NCBI GenBank assembly: GCA_050084985.1
Contig: JBITNC010000002.1
Coordinates: forward strand, 36,952,001 to 37,016,000
Origin: Nageia nagi
Lineage: Eukaryota; Plantae; Pinophyta
Length of the DNA stretch: 64,000 bases
Reading direction: 5' to 3'
The first letter of the stretch is position 1. Each line of letters begins with the position of its first letter. Position numbers and translations under genes: made by a program. This document shows positions 39,901 through 53,603 of this stretch, piece after piece. The notes beneath the pieces were generated by a model that did no database searches, was not told the origin of the DNA, and saw nothing but the letters and a program-made list of their open reading frames with translations.

Positions 39901-41918
39901 CACGATAATCGACTAAAATTTTGCTACATATTCTTTAATTGAACTCCTTTTCTTCACTTTCATCAAATATTTGATGTAATTATCCTCATCGTTTTACTCA
40001 AATAATTCTATTATCCTTCTACCAAATATGTTAAAGGAGGTAATGGCTACATATTCATATCTACTCATGCTATGCTATTACTAGTCATATGCTATGCTAT
40101 TCAAGTGTAGGATTGAAAGTCATATGGCATCCTCCTCTATCATGAAATTAAGCATGAAGTAAGTTTGTAACTCCTATAACCATATGCTTACATTCATCTT
40201 ATTACTTCTATCAAACAAGGGAACCTACATTCTTCTCATCCTTTGTTCTAGATATATTCTATCCTCTTGTGATCCCCCATGAGAATAACTTATATTAGCC
40301 TTCTTAAACTTAGATGTATTCAAAGAGTACTCTTGATACAACTAGTTGAGCTAAAGTGGAGATATCACACTTACATTACTCTCTTCCCTTGGAAAAATAT
40401 TGGCTTGCTAGGACATGGTGGAGGTATCATGGCCATTTTTGGTGCATTCCTCTTGAAGAATCTCCCTATCAATGACTCTCTAGCAAGTGGATATTTGATT
40501 GATCTTATCTTTAATAGTGAGTATTCCCCATATTCCACCATAATAGTAGATCTAGACCTCTAAAAAATAGGTTATTATTGATAAAAATCTAAGCATCCTT
40601 GATTTCATCCTAGGCCTCCTCAATAAAACCCTAGGCTTCTAGATATATGATGTGTGGCTTCCTCTTCTCCTAGATCCTTATCATGAGTCCTATGTAGGGA
40701 TGCTTCTCCTCCCAACTTCCTTTCATGAGTGGAAGTAGATCTTTGAGTGTGGGGTGTTCTAGGGCTTCCAAGCCTAATGTCCCTCTCCTATGCTTCTCTT
40801 TGGGATATGCACTCATTTTGTTGCTATATTTTCTCTTTAATATTTTTCATCATACTTAGCAAGTTATCAAATATCTATTTCACTAGATCCATGGATGGGA
40901 TCTTCCTCTCCTCATACATATTCTCTTCTTCATATGCCTACTCTAGTTCATTCATCTAACTTTGTTGAAATGCATCTTTATGTTGCCTCCCTACATCATC
41001 CTTGGATCTAGTCTAAGGTGCCATGGGAGACTTTTTCCCTTTCCAGTATGAGTAAACCTTCTCAACTAAAGATTGCATTCAATAAAACTCCTACAATATA
41101 GAAGTACTATATCTATAATACCACTATGATATTTCCAAATTATTCTTATTCCATATTAATAATGAATTAAGCAATAATTTAGGAAATGAGCTAAAATAAT
41201 AAAATTATGCAATAGAATATCCAATGCACAAGCAAGAATGAAAGAGAAATGCTAACACGTCAAATTATATCAATGATAGAAAAATATACAATCAAATAAA
41301 TATAAGAGGGCTAATGTTTAGCTCTATGGACTAAATATAGGGTATACACTCTCCAAATGATGACATCTTATAGCTAGGACCTTCAAACATTGGATTTGGG
41401 TTGTAAAGTTGGTCTAACTAAGGGTTTACATCCTTAGCCAAAGTCTAGAAAAGGCTACATCTTATGAAACTCTTCACCATGATGGGTTTCCATACAATGA
41501 GAGGCTTAACAAGTGGTGCTACTATTCCAAAGATAGAATATGTCAAATGTATTCAAGATATCCCCTCAATGTTGTATCAACCAAATACATAGGAATCCCT
41601 TACGGTTGTTCATAAGCACACCCCTAAAGGAAATGTCATGTGTAAGCATCTGGATCATGCCTTAGGATCACTCCATATCATGCTCCCATATTCAAATCAT
41701 GTGTTGTTCCCTAAGATCTATATCATTACACTTAAAATTATTGTAATCTATGTCTAAGAGGAAGACATCCCACTTTGGGGCTCACAATTGGTCCATGGGA
41801 CTATAAGTCTCCTATCCCATGTTATAATGATGCTTAAGTACAAATGTGACTAATTAAGTAAATAATATTAACTACAAAACCACCTTAAAAGTAATGAATT
41901 TTGAGAGGGAACATAACA
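36905..41918 (-). mobile_element. Non-autonomous Gypsy-derived LTR element with gag and protease only (TR-GAG-like)
   Basis: LTRs 36905-37698 and 41125-41918 (794 bp each), TSD AAGTT/AAGTA, degenerate PBS at about 41112-41123, PPT next to 37699. Protease VLIDLGSAHNFINE. No RT, RNase H or integrase core seen in the 3.4-kb interior. Confidence 0.85.
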
Positions 41919-42216
41919 AAGTAATTAAACATCATTTCATGATTTGAGCTCTTAGATAATCATAATGAAATATTGACAACATCCATACTTTTTATCTTTG
42001 AAAGAATATTTATATTGCAAAAATAAATTTATTTGAGTATATAACATTAGCTATACTATTCCTAGGTATTTAATCCATTAATTATATACCTCTAAGGTTC
42101 AGTAGGGAAATATTATGCTAGCATTAATGTTGGGAACAATGCTAATCCTAGAAAACACACCTTTTAATGCCATTAATTTAACAACATAAAAATTGAAGTA
42201 GCTAGAAATGGAGGTA

Positions 42217-45200
42217 TACAATAATGCTTAAGTTGACATGTAACTAATTAAGTAAATATTCCTAATGACAAAACTACCCTTAAAAGGAACAACTTCTAAA
42301 AGGGAACATCATAGTCCTCCCTTCCTGAATTGATTGACCCCAAGCAATGCAAGATTGTTGCATATCATTACTTATTCATAATGATAATGTGTTGTATTCA
42401 ATGTATCATTGGAAACATCAAGATTCATACATGCTGTGAATGATTTTTGAAGTACAACTTTCATCATGTTAGCTTCATTAGTCATGTCTTACAAATAATT
42501 ATATATGAAATCTATTAACTCATATCTCCCTAGAAAGAATTAAGCCAATTTTGGATCTTCATCAATACCCCTTAGCAATACCAAGTATCTCATCCACCAT
42601 ATCCTCAACTGAACTCTAACGATAACCATTCAATCATCCTCAACCATCTACATAATTCTTGCATCTCTTTTATCCTGTAATATTGTCTTGCTCTCCTCCA
42701 ATGCAACCCATGAGGAATGGTAGGAATCATCCAAAATTCAATCCAAGAACTCCTAAAATGACCCATCTTTAAAAGTATTCAAACCATCATCAAGTGTAAT
42801 TGTGATATCACCAAGTGCCATAAACAAGTCTATTACATATTGGATGCCTTCAATCTTGCAATGAGAGTTTTTCTAAGTAATCTTGAAGAAGATAATTAAT
42901 GTTCCTCTTGTAGAAACTAGTAAGGCATGTTCCTGTGCTATGCTTGGAATAAATGTTACCAAAACACTTCTTGTCTCATCAACCACTAATGTAATCCTCC
43001 ATGCATACATTCTATTATCCAAGCCATCAACAAATGATGTAAAAATAGAAAATATTTTGATAGTATACCTTACAATCTTCATGATATGGAGTAGAGCCTC
43101 CATTTCCCTTATATTAAGAGATTTTTCCTCCAAACTTACTTCCATACCCTAGTCACATGCTACCATTGGACATGTTATCTTCTCTAAATTTAAAATACAG
43201 TAAAAAAAATTAATGAATCAACATAATCATGCAAAGCATACCGTCCAAGGATTGGACAAGTATCTTACTAATTGGTGGAATGAGAACTCAAGAGTGTAGA
43301 GATGCTCCTAAATCCCTTATAAGCCAAATATCCCACATGCACTTTGGAGGGGTTCTTCTCTCCTTCCACATCCTTCTTTCCTAGTCATCCATATTCATGC
43401 ATCATCTCCAAATGACTAGATGAACCCTTAGAAAAGTAGTCGTTTATGCCTTGCAGTGTAGATTCCTTTCTATCGAAGTCAAATTTCATCACTAAATTTT
43501 GATAATTTGAGAAGATATCTCCCAAATTATATAGCCACTAGATACTCCAAAACTTAAATGTAGAATACTATATAAATGGTAGACATAGAAGTCCTCCCTA
43601 GCCACATATTCTTGGCTGATTACACAAAATTTCTCCACTATTCTCTCCACCATCGTAAGTTTCCTATTTACATTATTCATACAGAAGCCTTCAAACTCCT
43701 TGCTCTTAAGGTCCTTATTTCATATAAATTCCTCATCGATGAAGTTATGGATGGATCCTAGATCTATCAATACCATAACCTCTTGATTTACAACCATATA
43801 TTTGAACTTAAGTATGAAGTATCTGGGTGCCCACATAATAATATGATCATTCATCCTATGGCATTCTTACTATTAGGAGTAGGAAGTTATTACTTACGAT
43901 CAAATCCAACTTCAAGTTCGAATCATCATCCTATGAGATCACCTCAATATAGTGAAGTTTTCCTCTATCTAAGAACCTATGACCATACTCCCAAGGTTTC
44001 TTGCAACTAAAATAAAATTTTCTCTTCCTCAACTTGTTCTTATTGTTAGGAGCATGCAGTTCTTCTTTATGATCAAATCCTCCTAAATCTAGCTCTAAGT
44101 TTGAATCATTATCCTTTGAGATCATCTTAATATAGTGAAATTATCATTTTCCTAGGCACCTATGGAAATGCTCCCAAGGTTTCTTGTAACTAAAATAAAA
44201 TCTTCTTTTGATAGTTGAAGGTATCATATCTACCATCCATCTTCTAATTGTCCCTATCTTGGTTGGAGTAGTGGGCTTGATCCTCATCATGCTGGGCTCA
44301 AAATCTAACACCCTTTTGATGGCATATTGCAATTATGTTCGGTAGAAATCCTTCACTAATCCCCTCCAAGATTATACCAAATGTTTCATCAAGAGGAAGG
44401 TAACCCTCTTCATTAAAATGCTAGGAATCATCATGATAATCCACTAAAATTTTTCTATATATTATTCAATTGAACCCTTTTACTTCACTTCCATCAAATA
44501 TTTGAAGTAATTATCCTCATATTTTTTTTAAAACTATTCTATCATCCTTCTTTTAAATACATCAAAGGAGGTAATGGCTCCATATCCCTGTATAGTCATG
44601 CTATGCTGCTACTAGTCATACACTATGCCATTCAAATGTATGATGGTAAATTATATGACATCCTCCTCCATCTTGAAATTAAGCATGAAGTATTTTTGTA
44701 ACTTCTATAACCATACCCTTAAATTCATTTTATTACTTCCATAAAATAAGGGCACCTGCATTCTTCTTAGCCTCTATTGTAGATCTCTTCTATCCTCTTG
44801 TGATCCCCCATGATAATAACTTCTTCTATCCTTGTTTTCCAAAAGTTCCAAGTACATGGATAAGGTAATATCACTCTTCAACTTAGGTGTATTCAGAGAG
44901 TACTCCTGATACAATTGGTTGAGCTCAAGTGGAGATATCACATTTATATTACTATCCTAACTTGGAAAAATATTGGCTTGCTGGGACATGGTGGAGGTAT
45001 CATAGCCATTTTTGGTGCATTCCTCTCAAGGAATCTCTCCATCAATGACTCTCTAGCAAGTGGATATTTTATTGATATTATCTTGAATAGTGAGTATTCC
45101 CCATCTTCCACCATACTAGCATATCTGGACCTCTAAAACATAGGTTCTTATTGATCAAACTCTAAGCATCCTTGATTTCATCCTAGGCCTCCTTAATAAA

Positions 45201-48200
45201 ACCCTAGGCCTCTAGATATATGATGTGTGGCTTCCTCTTCTCCTAGATCCTTATCATGAGTCCTATGTAGGGATGCTTCTCCTCCCAACTTCCATTCATG
45301 AGTGGAAGTAGATCTTTGAGTGTGGGGTGTTCTAGGGCTTCCAAGCCTAATTTCCTTCTCCTATGCTTCTCTTTCGGCCATGCACTCATTTTATTACTAT
45401 ATTTTCTCTTTAATATTTTTCATCATACTTAGCAAGTTATCAAATCTCTATTTCACTAGATCCATGGATGGGATCTCCCTCTCATACATCTCCTCTACGT
45501 CATCCTTGGATCTGGTCTAAGGTGCCATGGGAGATCTTTTCCCTTTCCAGTACGAGTAAACCTTCTCAACTAAAGATTGCATTCAATAAACCTCCTACAA
45601 TATAGAAGTATTATAGCTCTGATACCACTATTATATTTCCAAATTATTCTTATTCCAAATTAATAATGAATCAAGCAATAATCTAAAAAATGAGCTAAAA
45701 TAATAAAATTATGCAATTAAATATCCAATGCATAAGCAAGAATGAGAGAGAAAAGCTAACACCTTAAATTATATCAATGATAGAAAAAGATACAATCAAA
45801 TAAGTCTAATAGGGCTAATGTTTAGCTCTATGGACCAAATATAGGGTATACGCTCTCCAAATGATGACATCAAATAGCTAGGACCTTCAAATGTTGGATT
45901 TGGGTTATAAAGTTGGTCTAACTAAGGGTTTACATCCTTAGCCAAATTCTAGCAAAGGCTACATCTCATGAAACTCTTCACCATGATGGGTTTCCATACA
46001 ACGATAGGCTTAATAAGTGGTGCTACTATTCCAAAGATAGAATATGTCAAATGTATTCAAGATAGCCCCTTAATGTTGTATCAACCAAATACATAGGAAT
46101 CCCTTATGGTTGTTCATAAGCACACCCCTCAAGGAAATGTCATGTGTAAGCATCTGGATCATGCCTTGGGATCACTTTATATCATGCTCCCATATTCAAA
46201 TCATGTGTTGTGCCTTAAGATCTATATCATTACACTTAGATTATTATAATCTATGTCTAAGAGGAATAAATCCCAATTTTGGATCTTCATCAATACCCCT
46301 TAGCAATACCAAGTATCTCATCCACCATATCCTCAACTGAACTCTAACGATAACCATTCAATCATCCTCAACCATCTACATAATTATTGCATCTCTTTTA
46401 TCCTGTAATATTTTCTTGCTCTCCTCCAATGCAACCCATGAGGAATGGTAGGAATCATCCAAAATTCAATCCAAGAACTCCTAAAATGACCCATCTTTAA
46501 TAGTATTCAAACCATCATCAAGTGTAATTGTGATATCACCAAGTGCCATAAACAAGTCTATTACATCTTGGATGCCTTCAATCTTGCAATGAGAGTTTTT
46601 CTAAGTAATCTTGAAGAAGATAATTAATGTTCCTCTTGTAGAAACTAGTAAGGCATGTTCATGTGCTATGCTTGGAATAAATGTTACCAAAACACTTCTT
46701 GTCTCATCAACCACTAATGTAATCCTCCATGCATACATTCTATTATCCAAGCCATCAACAAATGATGTAAAAATAGAAAATATTTTGATAGTATACCTTA
46801 CAATCTTCATGATATGGAGTAGAGCCTCCATTTCCCTTATATTAAGAGATTTTTCCTCCAAACTTACTTCCATACCCTAGTCACATGCTACCATTGGACA
46901 TGTTATCTTCTCTAAATTTAAAATATGGTAAAAAAAATTAATGAATCAACATAATCATGCAAAGCATACCTTCCAAGGATTGGACAAGTATCTTACTAAT
47001 TGGTGGAATGAGAACTCAAGAGTGTAGAGATGCTCCTAAATCCCTTATAAGCCAAATATCCCACATGCACTTTGGAGGGGTTCTTCTCTCCTTCCACATC
47101 CTTCTTTCCTAGTCATCCATATTCATGCATCATCTCCAAATGACTAGATGAACCCTTAGAAAAGTAGTCGTTTATGCCTTGTAGTGTAGATTCCTTTCTA
47201 TCAAATTCAAATTTCATCACTAACTTTTGATAATTTGAGAAGATATCTCCCAAATTATATAGCCACTAGATACTCCAAAACTTAAATGTAGAATACTATA
47301 TAAATGGTAGACATAGAAGTCCTCCCTAGCCACATATTCTTGGTTGATTACACAAAATTTCTCCACTATTCTCTCCACCAGCGTAAGTTTCCTATTTACA
47401 TTATTCATACAAAAGCCTTCAAACTCTTTGCTCTTAAGGTCCTTATTTCATATAAATTCCTCATCGATGAAGTTATGGATGGATCCTAGATCTATCAATA
47501 CCATAACCTCTTGATTTACAACCATATATTTGACCTTAAGTATGAAGTATCTGGGTGCCCACATAATAATATGATCATTCATCCTATGGCATTCTTACTA
47601 TTAGGAGTAGGAAGTTATTACTTACGATCAAATCCAACTTCAAGTTCGAATCATCATCCTATGAGATCACCTCAATATAGTGAAGTTTTCCTCTATCTAA
47701 GAACCTATGACCATACTCCCAAGGTTTCTTGCAACTAAAATAAAATTTTCTCTTCCTTAACTTGTTCTTATTGTTAGGAGCATGCAGTTCTTGCTTCTGA
47801 TCAAATCCTCCTAAATCTAGCTCTAAGTTTGAATCATTATCCTTTGAGATCATCTTAATATAGTGAAATTATCATTTTCCTAGGCACCTATGGAAATGCT
47901 CCCAAGGTTTCTTGTAACTAAAATAAAATCTTCTTTTGATAGTTGAAGGTATCATATCTAACATCCCTCTTCTAATTGTCCCTATCTTGGTTGGAGTAGT
48001 GGGCTTGATCCTCATCATGCTGGGCTCAAAATATAAGACCCTTTTGATGGCATATTGCAATTATGTTGGGGATAAATCCTTCACTAATCCCCTCCAAGAT
48101 TATACCAAATGTTTCATCAAGAGGAAGGTAACCCTCTTCTTTAAAATGCTAGGAATCATCATGATAATGCACTAAAATTTTGCTATATATTATTCAATTG

Positions 48201-50122
48201 AACCCTTTTAATTCACTTCCATCAAATATTTGAAGTAATTATCCTCATATTTTTTTAAAACTATTCTATCATCCTTCTTTTAAATACATCAAAGGAGGTA
48301 ATGGCTCCATATCCCTGTATAGTCATGCTATGTTGCTACTAGTCATACACTATGCCATTCAAATGTATGATGGTAAATTATATGACATCCTCCTCCATCT
48401 TGAAATTAGCATGAAGTATTTTTATAACTTCTATAACCATACCCATAAATTCATTTTATTACTTCCATAAAATAAGGGCACCTGCATTCTTCTTAGCCTC
48501 TATTGTAGATCTCTTCTATCCTCTTGTGAGCCCCCATGATAATAACTTCTTCTATCCTTGTTTTCCAAAAGTTCCAAGTACATGGATAAGGTAATATCAC
48601 TCTTCAACTTAGGTGTATTCAGAGAGTACTCCTGATACAATTGGTTGAGCTCAAGTGGAGATATCACACTTATATTACTATCCTATCTTGGAAAAATATT
48701 GGCTTGCTGGGACATGGTGGAGGTATCATAGCCATTTTTGGTGCATTCCTCTCAAGGAATCTCTCCATCAATGACTCTCTAGCAAGTGGATATTTTATTG
48801 ATATTATCTTGAATAGTGAGTATTCCCCATCTTCCACCATACTAGCATATCTAGACCTCTAAAACATAGGTTCTTATTGATCAAACTCTAAGCATCCTTG
48901 ATTTCATCCTAGGCCTCCTTAATAAAACCCTAGGCCTCTAGATATATGATGTGTGGCTTCCTCTTCTCCTAGATCCTTATCATGAGTCCTATGTAGGGAT
49001 GCTTCTCCTCCCAACTTCCATTCATGAGTGGAAGTAGATCTTTGAGTGTGGGGTGTTCTAGGGCTTCCAAGCCTAATTTCCTTCTCCTATGCTTCTCTTT
49101 CGGCCATGCACTCATTTTATTACTATATTTTCTCTTTAATATTTTTCATCATACTTAGCAAGTTATCAAATCTCTATTTCACTAGATCCATGGATGGGAT
49201 CTCCCTCTCATACATCTCCTCTACGTCATCCTTGGATCTGGTCTAAGGTGCCATGGGAGATCTTTTCCCTTTCCAGTACGAGTAAACCTTCTCAACTAAA
49301 TATTGCATTCAATAAACCTCCTACAATATAGAAGTATTATAGCTCTGATACCACTATTATATTTCCAAATTATTCTTATTCCAAATTAATAATGAATCAA
49401 GCAATAATCTAAAAAATGAGCTAAAATAATAAAATTATGCAATTAAATATCCAATGCACAAGCAAGAATGAGAGAGAAAAGCTAACACCTTAAATTATAT
49501 CAATGATAGAAAAAGATACAATCAAATAAGACTAATAGGGCAAATGTTTAGCTCTATGGACCAAATATAGGGTATACACTCTCCAAATGATGACATCATA
49601 TAGCTAGGACCTTCAAATGTTGGATTTGGGTTATAAAGTTGGTCTAACTAAGGGTTTACATCCTTAGCCAAAGTCTAGCAAAGGCTACATCTCATGAAAC
49701 TCTTCACCATGATGGGTTTCCATACAATGACTACTATTCCAAACATAGAATATGTCAAATGTATTCAAGATAGCCCCTCAATGTTGTATCAACCAAATAC
49801 ATAGGAATCCCTTATGGTTTTTCATAAGCACACCCCTCAAGGAAATGTCATGTGTAAGCATCTGGATCATGCCTTGGGATCACCCCATATCATGCTCCCA
49901 TATTCAAATCATGTGTTGTGCCTTAAGATCTATATCATTACACTTAGATTATTGTAATCTATGTCTAAGAGGAATAAATCCCACTTTGGGGCTCACAATT
50001 GTTCCATGGGACCATAAGTCTCCTATCCCATGTTATAATGATGCTTAAGTACACATGCGACTAATTAAGTAAATAATCTTAACTACAAAACCACCCTTAA
50101 AAGGAACGACTTCTAAGAGGGA
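42217..50122 (-). mobile_element. Tandem dimer of the same gag-protease element (period ~3727 bp), both outer LTR ends truncated
   Basis: Paired ORFs at 42873/46601, 43783/47511 and 45320/49046. Intact PBS (GCTCTGATACCA) before the LTRs at 45629 and 49355. Left LTR reduced to ~95 bp; middle LTR deleted at about 46275; right LTR lacks its terminal bases. Confidence 0.92.
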
Positions 50123-50399
50123 TCTTAAATGATAAGAGCATAAAACTTAGAAGGGATTGGAGACTAGTTTAAGTAATTACAATTTTCTAGTTAGACTAAG
50201 TAGGTTAACCTTCTAATCTAACAATTTCCTATTTGAACCTAATATGAGGGATTTTCAGAGATTTTGTTTTGAATTTGACCGTGAAAGAGAGATATTCCTA
50301 GATAAAATGAAATAAAATTATCTTTTTCATAATAATTAAATTTATATCTTATATTTGATGTATTAAGGAATAAAAATTTATTTTTTAATCAAAATTGTA

Positions 50400-52150
50400 A
50401 CATTGAAAGAACATAACCTCATACCTAATCATAATTTATTTAACATCTTTAGCTTATATAATAAAGGCTTCTCCAAACTTATCACTATCCTTGAAAAATT
50501 ACAGATGTGTGACTTCACCCAATCTATTTGAGAATTGAAGTCCTTTGATTTATCTTAATAGTTTTAAGTTGTAATAATTCTTCCTAGGAAAATGTCCACA
50601 ATGATTGAAAGTGTTTGTAATATGATATCCTCTTTTTTATAAGATATAAGTTCTTTCAAAATATTCAATAAGGATTCCATTAAAACTAGAATGGATAAGC
50701 TAGGTGTTAAGATGTGTTGGTTATAATATTTATCCAATGAAAAGAAAGCCCAAATTTCTCTAAGAGAATGACCAAGAACTTTGATGATACTCTATTATAA
50801 AACTTACATCAAAATTTATGATTATACATGCACTCTTATTTTTCGCTACTAAGTGCATAATCTTATGTCCCATGAAAATACTACCATCTAATATTTATGT
50901 ACTATTTAAAAAATATTTTATGGATATAGAATAATGTACATAAAATTCTATTCAACCTTATAGCAATTGCCTTCGTGATCATCTTGTAGGTGATATTGCA
51001 TAAGCTTATACGTATGAACTCCATGATGTTTATGGTTAGTTGATCAATTTTTATTAGGGTGATAAAAAGGGTATTCGTATTTTTGTTGACACACACTTTA
51101 TCTTATATGTCATGAATCAATTTCACTATATGCTCCTTTATAATATTCTAAATCTATTGAAAGAAACCATTTGGCCTAGAAGCCTTTTTCATAAGGAAAA
51201 GAAGTGGTCCTTTATTATTTTACTATGACAATTTCATATTTGAGTTCCACTTTAGAGCTATAGTAAAGTTTCTAAAAATAATCTTCAGAATCTTCTAAAC
51301 CTCCTTTGTATTCTTTCTTTGATTTTCCTCAATATGTCCTCTAAAAAGTTGATAATTTGTTCTTTTATTACTTCTATGTTGATTATATTAAGCCATGTTA
51401 TGGAAAATATCTTCTATACTTTATGGTTCTTTAGTTTTCATAACTATTATATGAAATAAAAAAGTGTCATATCTCTTTTTTTGGGTGCAAATTCTTGAGA
51501 CTTTTATTTACATTTGTTCTCTTCCTCATTTAACATGTTAAGATAACCCATTAGGAAATTTTTATCCTCTACACTTAAAATTATATATTCACCTCTCTCT
51601 TTCAACTTTCTTATTTATATGATCCATTTCTATTTTTTTTCCATATTATATTAAAATCAAAATAAATAAAGTATAAATTGAATCTTTAATTTAGTAGACA
51701 TAATTTGCTTACTTGATACTTTTACATAGATTTCCTACCAATCTTTGATACTATCCTTGATATGCTTATGTTCTAGTTAGATAAGTATAAATCTTGATAA
51801 AAAAAACTTCTTTCATTAATAGCCTTCTCTATAATTATAAGGATTATATTATGATTTGAACCTATCCTTGAAGAGAATATATTTTATTTTCCATCCTTTC
51901 AATATACCATCTATGACTTATTCATGTTCTATAAGCCCATATTAAATAAAGTATTTCCCTAATCCTTGAAGAGAATATAGTTTATTTTCCATCCTTTTAA
52001 TATATAATTTATTATTATTCACATTCTATCAAGTCCATATGAAATAAAGTATTCCCCTAATCCTTTATTCTATCCATGTGTAATATACTCCATCCACCCA
52101 AATATCCATAAAATTCAATTAGTCTTGAAGATGATAAGACTTCAAGTTCT
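50400..52150 (-). mobile_element. Strongly decayed LINE ORF2 fragment (endonuclease end to RT)
   Basis: RISLCNITYKMITKAIAIRLNRIL (cf. RPISLCN..YK..AK.IANRL) and a KA.G.NGF-like motif near 51165-51187. Boundaries approximate. Confidence 0.75.
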
Positions 52151-53256
52151 ATTGCTTTTTTCTAGATAGTAAGATTTTAAGCTTTATTTCTTTATAATAA
52201 TAATGCTCAATACGATAAGACTTGAATCTCTATTTCTTTGTAATAATAATAGAAACTCATAGAAAATGATAAATTTTTAAGCTTTCACCAAAATTAATGA
52301 TACAATTTTAGATGTCTATATTCATAAAAAATTTTGAACATCTACATTAATTAGCTTTTATATAACCCCTTATATATCACGAAAAATATCATTCCTAAAG
52401 GTACCTATCTTGGATATAGTAAATTATTACAGTAAAATGATTCTAATTAGTTTTATTTTGTGATTTGAAATTAATTAAACAATTTATTTATATATAAAAA
52501 ATATTTATTAAAATTAATATAGTCCATTTTGTATTAAAATTTTAATAAAATGAAAATAGTCAACCAAATATTTATGACAACACGACATTTAAGGGATGCT
52601 AAAAAATTTAAGAAAATTGAAAGATATTAAAAGATGAGAAAAATTCTAGTAAATTGAAAATTACTTTTGATATGGGAAAATATTTTATAATAAATTGAAA
52701 TTAAGCATTTGTATAATAGCTAAATTATTAAATATTTTCATTCATTTTATAATATTATTATTACTATGATACTAAATCTCTTGATATGATTTCATTTTAA
52801 ATTAAATACTTTCTTGATCATCATATGATCTTAATTTTTCCTCTCTTCATTCATTCATTCATATATATAGTCTTTAGTTAAGAGGATTTGTAGGTTAGAT
52901 AAAAAAGAGCAAGGGTGTATCATCTTATTATTTTTTCATTCTTGAGATGCATACAAAATTATATATATCAAACTCTACTTTATTTTAAAGGATTCTTAGG
53001 TCATATGAGAAGAGCATGGGTGCGTAATCATTTTTTAACCTAACTTTTTTTTAGGGCTTCACGCATGCAGAATCATATATATTGTATATTATTTTTACAT
53101 ATCAAACTCTACTTTAGTTTAGAGGATCATAGGATACATGAAAAGAGAACATGTGAAGGGTTTCATAAGGTGCGGGTGAAGGTCTTCATGAGGGTTTCAT
53201 GAGATCAATGTGAAGTGTTGCATGTGAAGAACATCGTTGAAGGGATCAAAAATAAG

Positions 53257-53603
53257 GTTTGAAGGGCTGCACACAAAGAATATAGTTGAAGGAAAATCTG
53301 ATGCTTGAAGGGTTGAAGGGATCAAACATGAGGTTTGAAGGGTTGCATGCAAAGAATATAGTTGAAGACAAATATGATGCTTGAAGGGTTGTATAAGAAT
53401 GATATGGTTGAAGCGATACATGAGAAGGATGGGATGATAGCTTGAAAGATCTACAATTCATTCAAAGGGCTGAAGATTAATGAGATCTATGAGGTATGCA
53501 TGATATTGAAACTAGATTTATGAGGTATGCATAATATTGAAATGAGATCTATGAGGCATCCATAATGTTGAAATGAGATCTATGAGGCATGCATAATAGT
53601 AAA
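53257..53603. repeat. Short tandem repeats: ~59-bp block twice (76-bp period) and four 31-bp units
   Basis: GTTTGAAGGG.TGCA..CAAAGAATATAGTTGAAG at about 53257 and 53333. ATGAGATCTATGAGG.ATGCAT.ATATTGAA-like units at 53480, 53511, 53542 and 53573. Confidence 0.9.

Noticed and set aside
42873-43152. Recurring 89-90-aa ORFs (also at 38220, 46601 and 62598) as conserved genes
   Set aside because: Recurrence is explained by recent DNA duplication; both strands are open and no motif is recognisable.
53480-53603. CRISPR-like array of 31-bp repeats
   Set aside because: Units are contiguous with no spacers, context is eukaryotic, and there are no cas genes.
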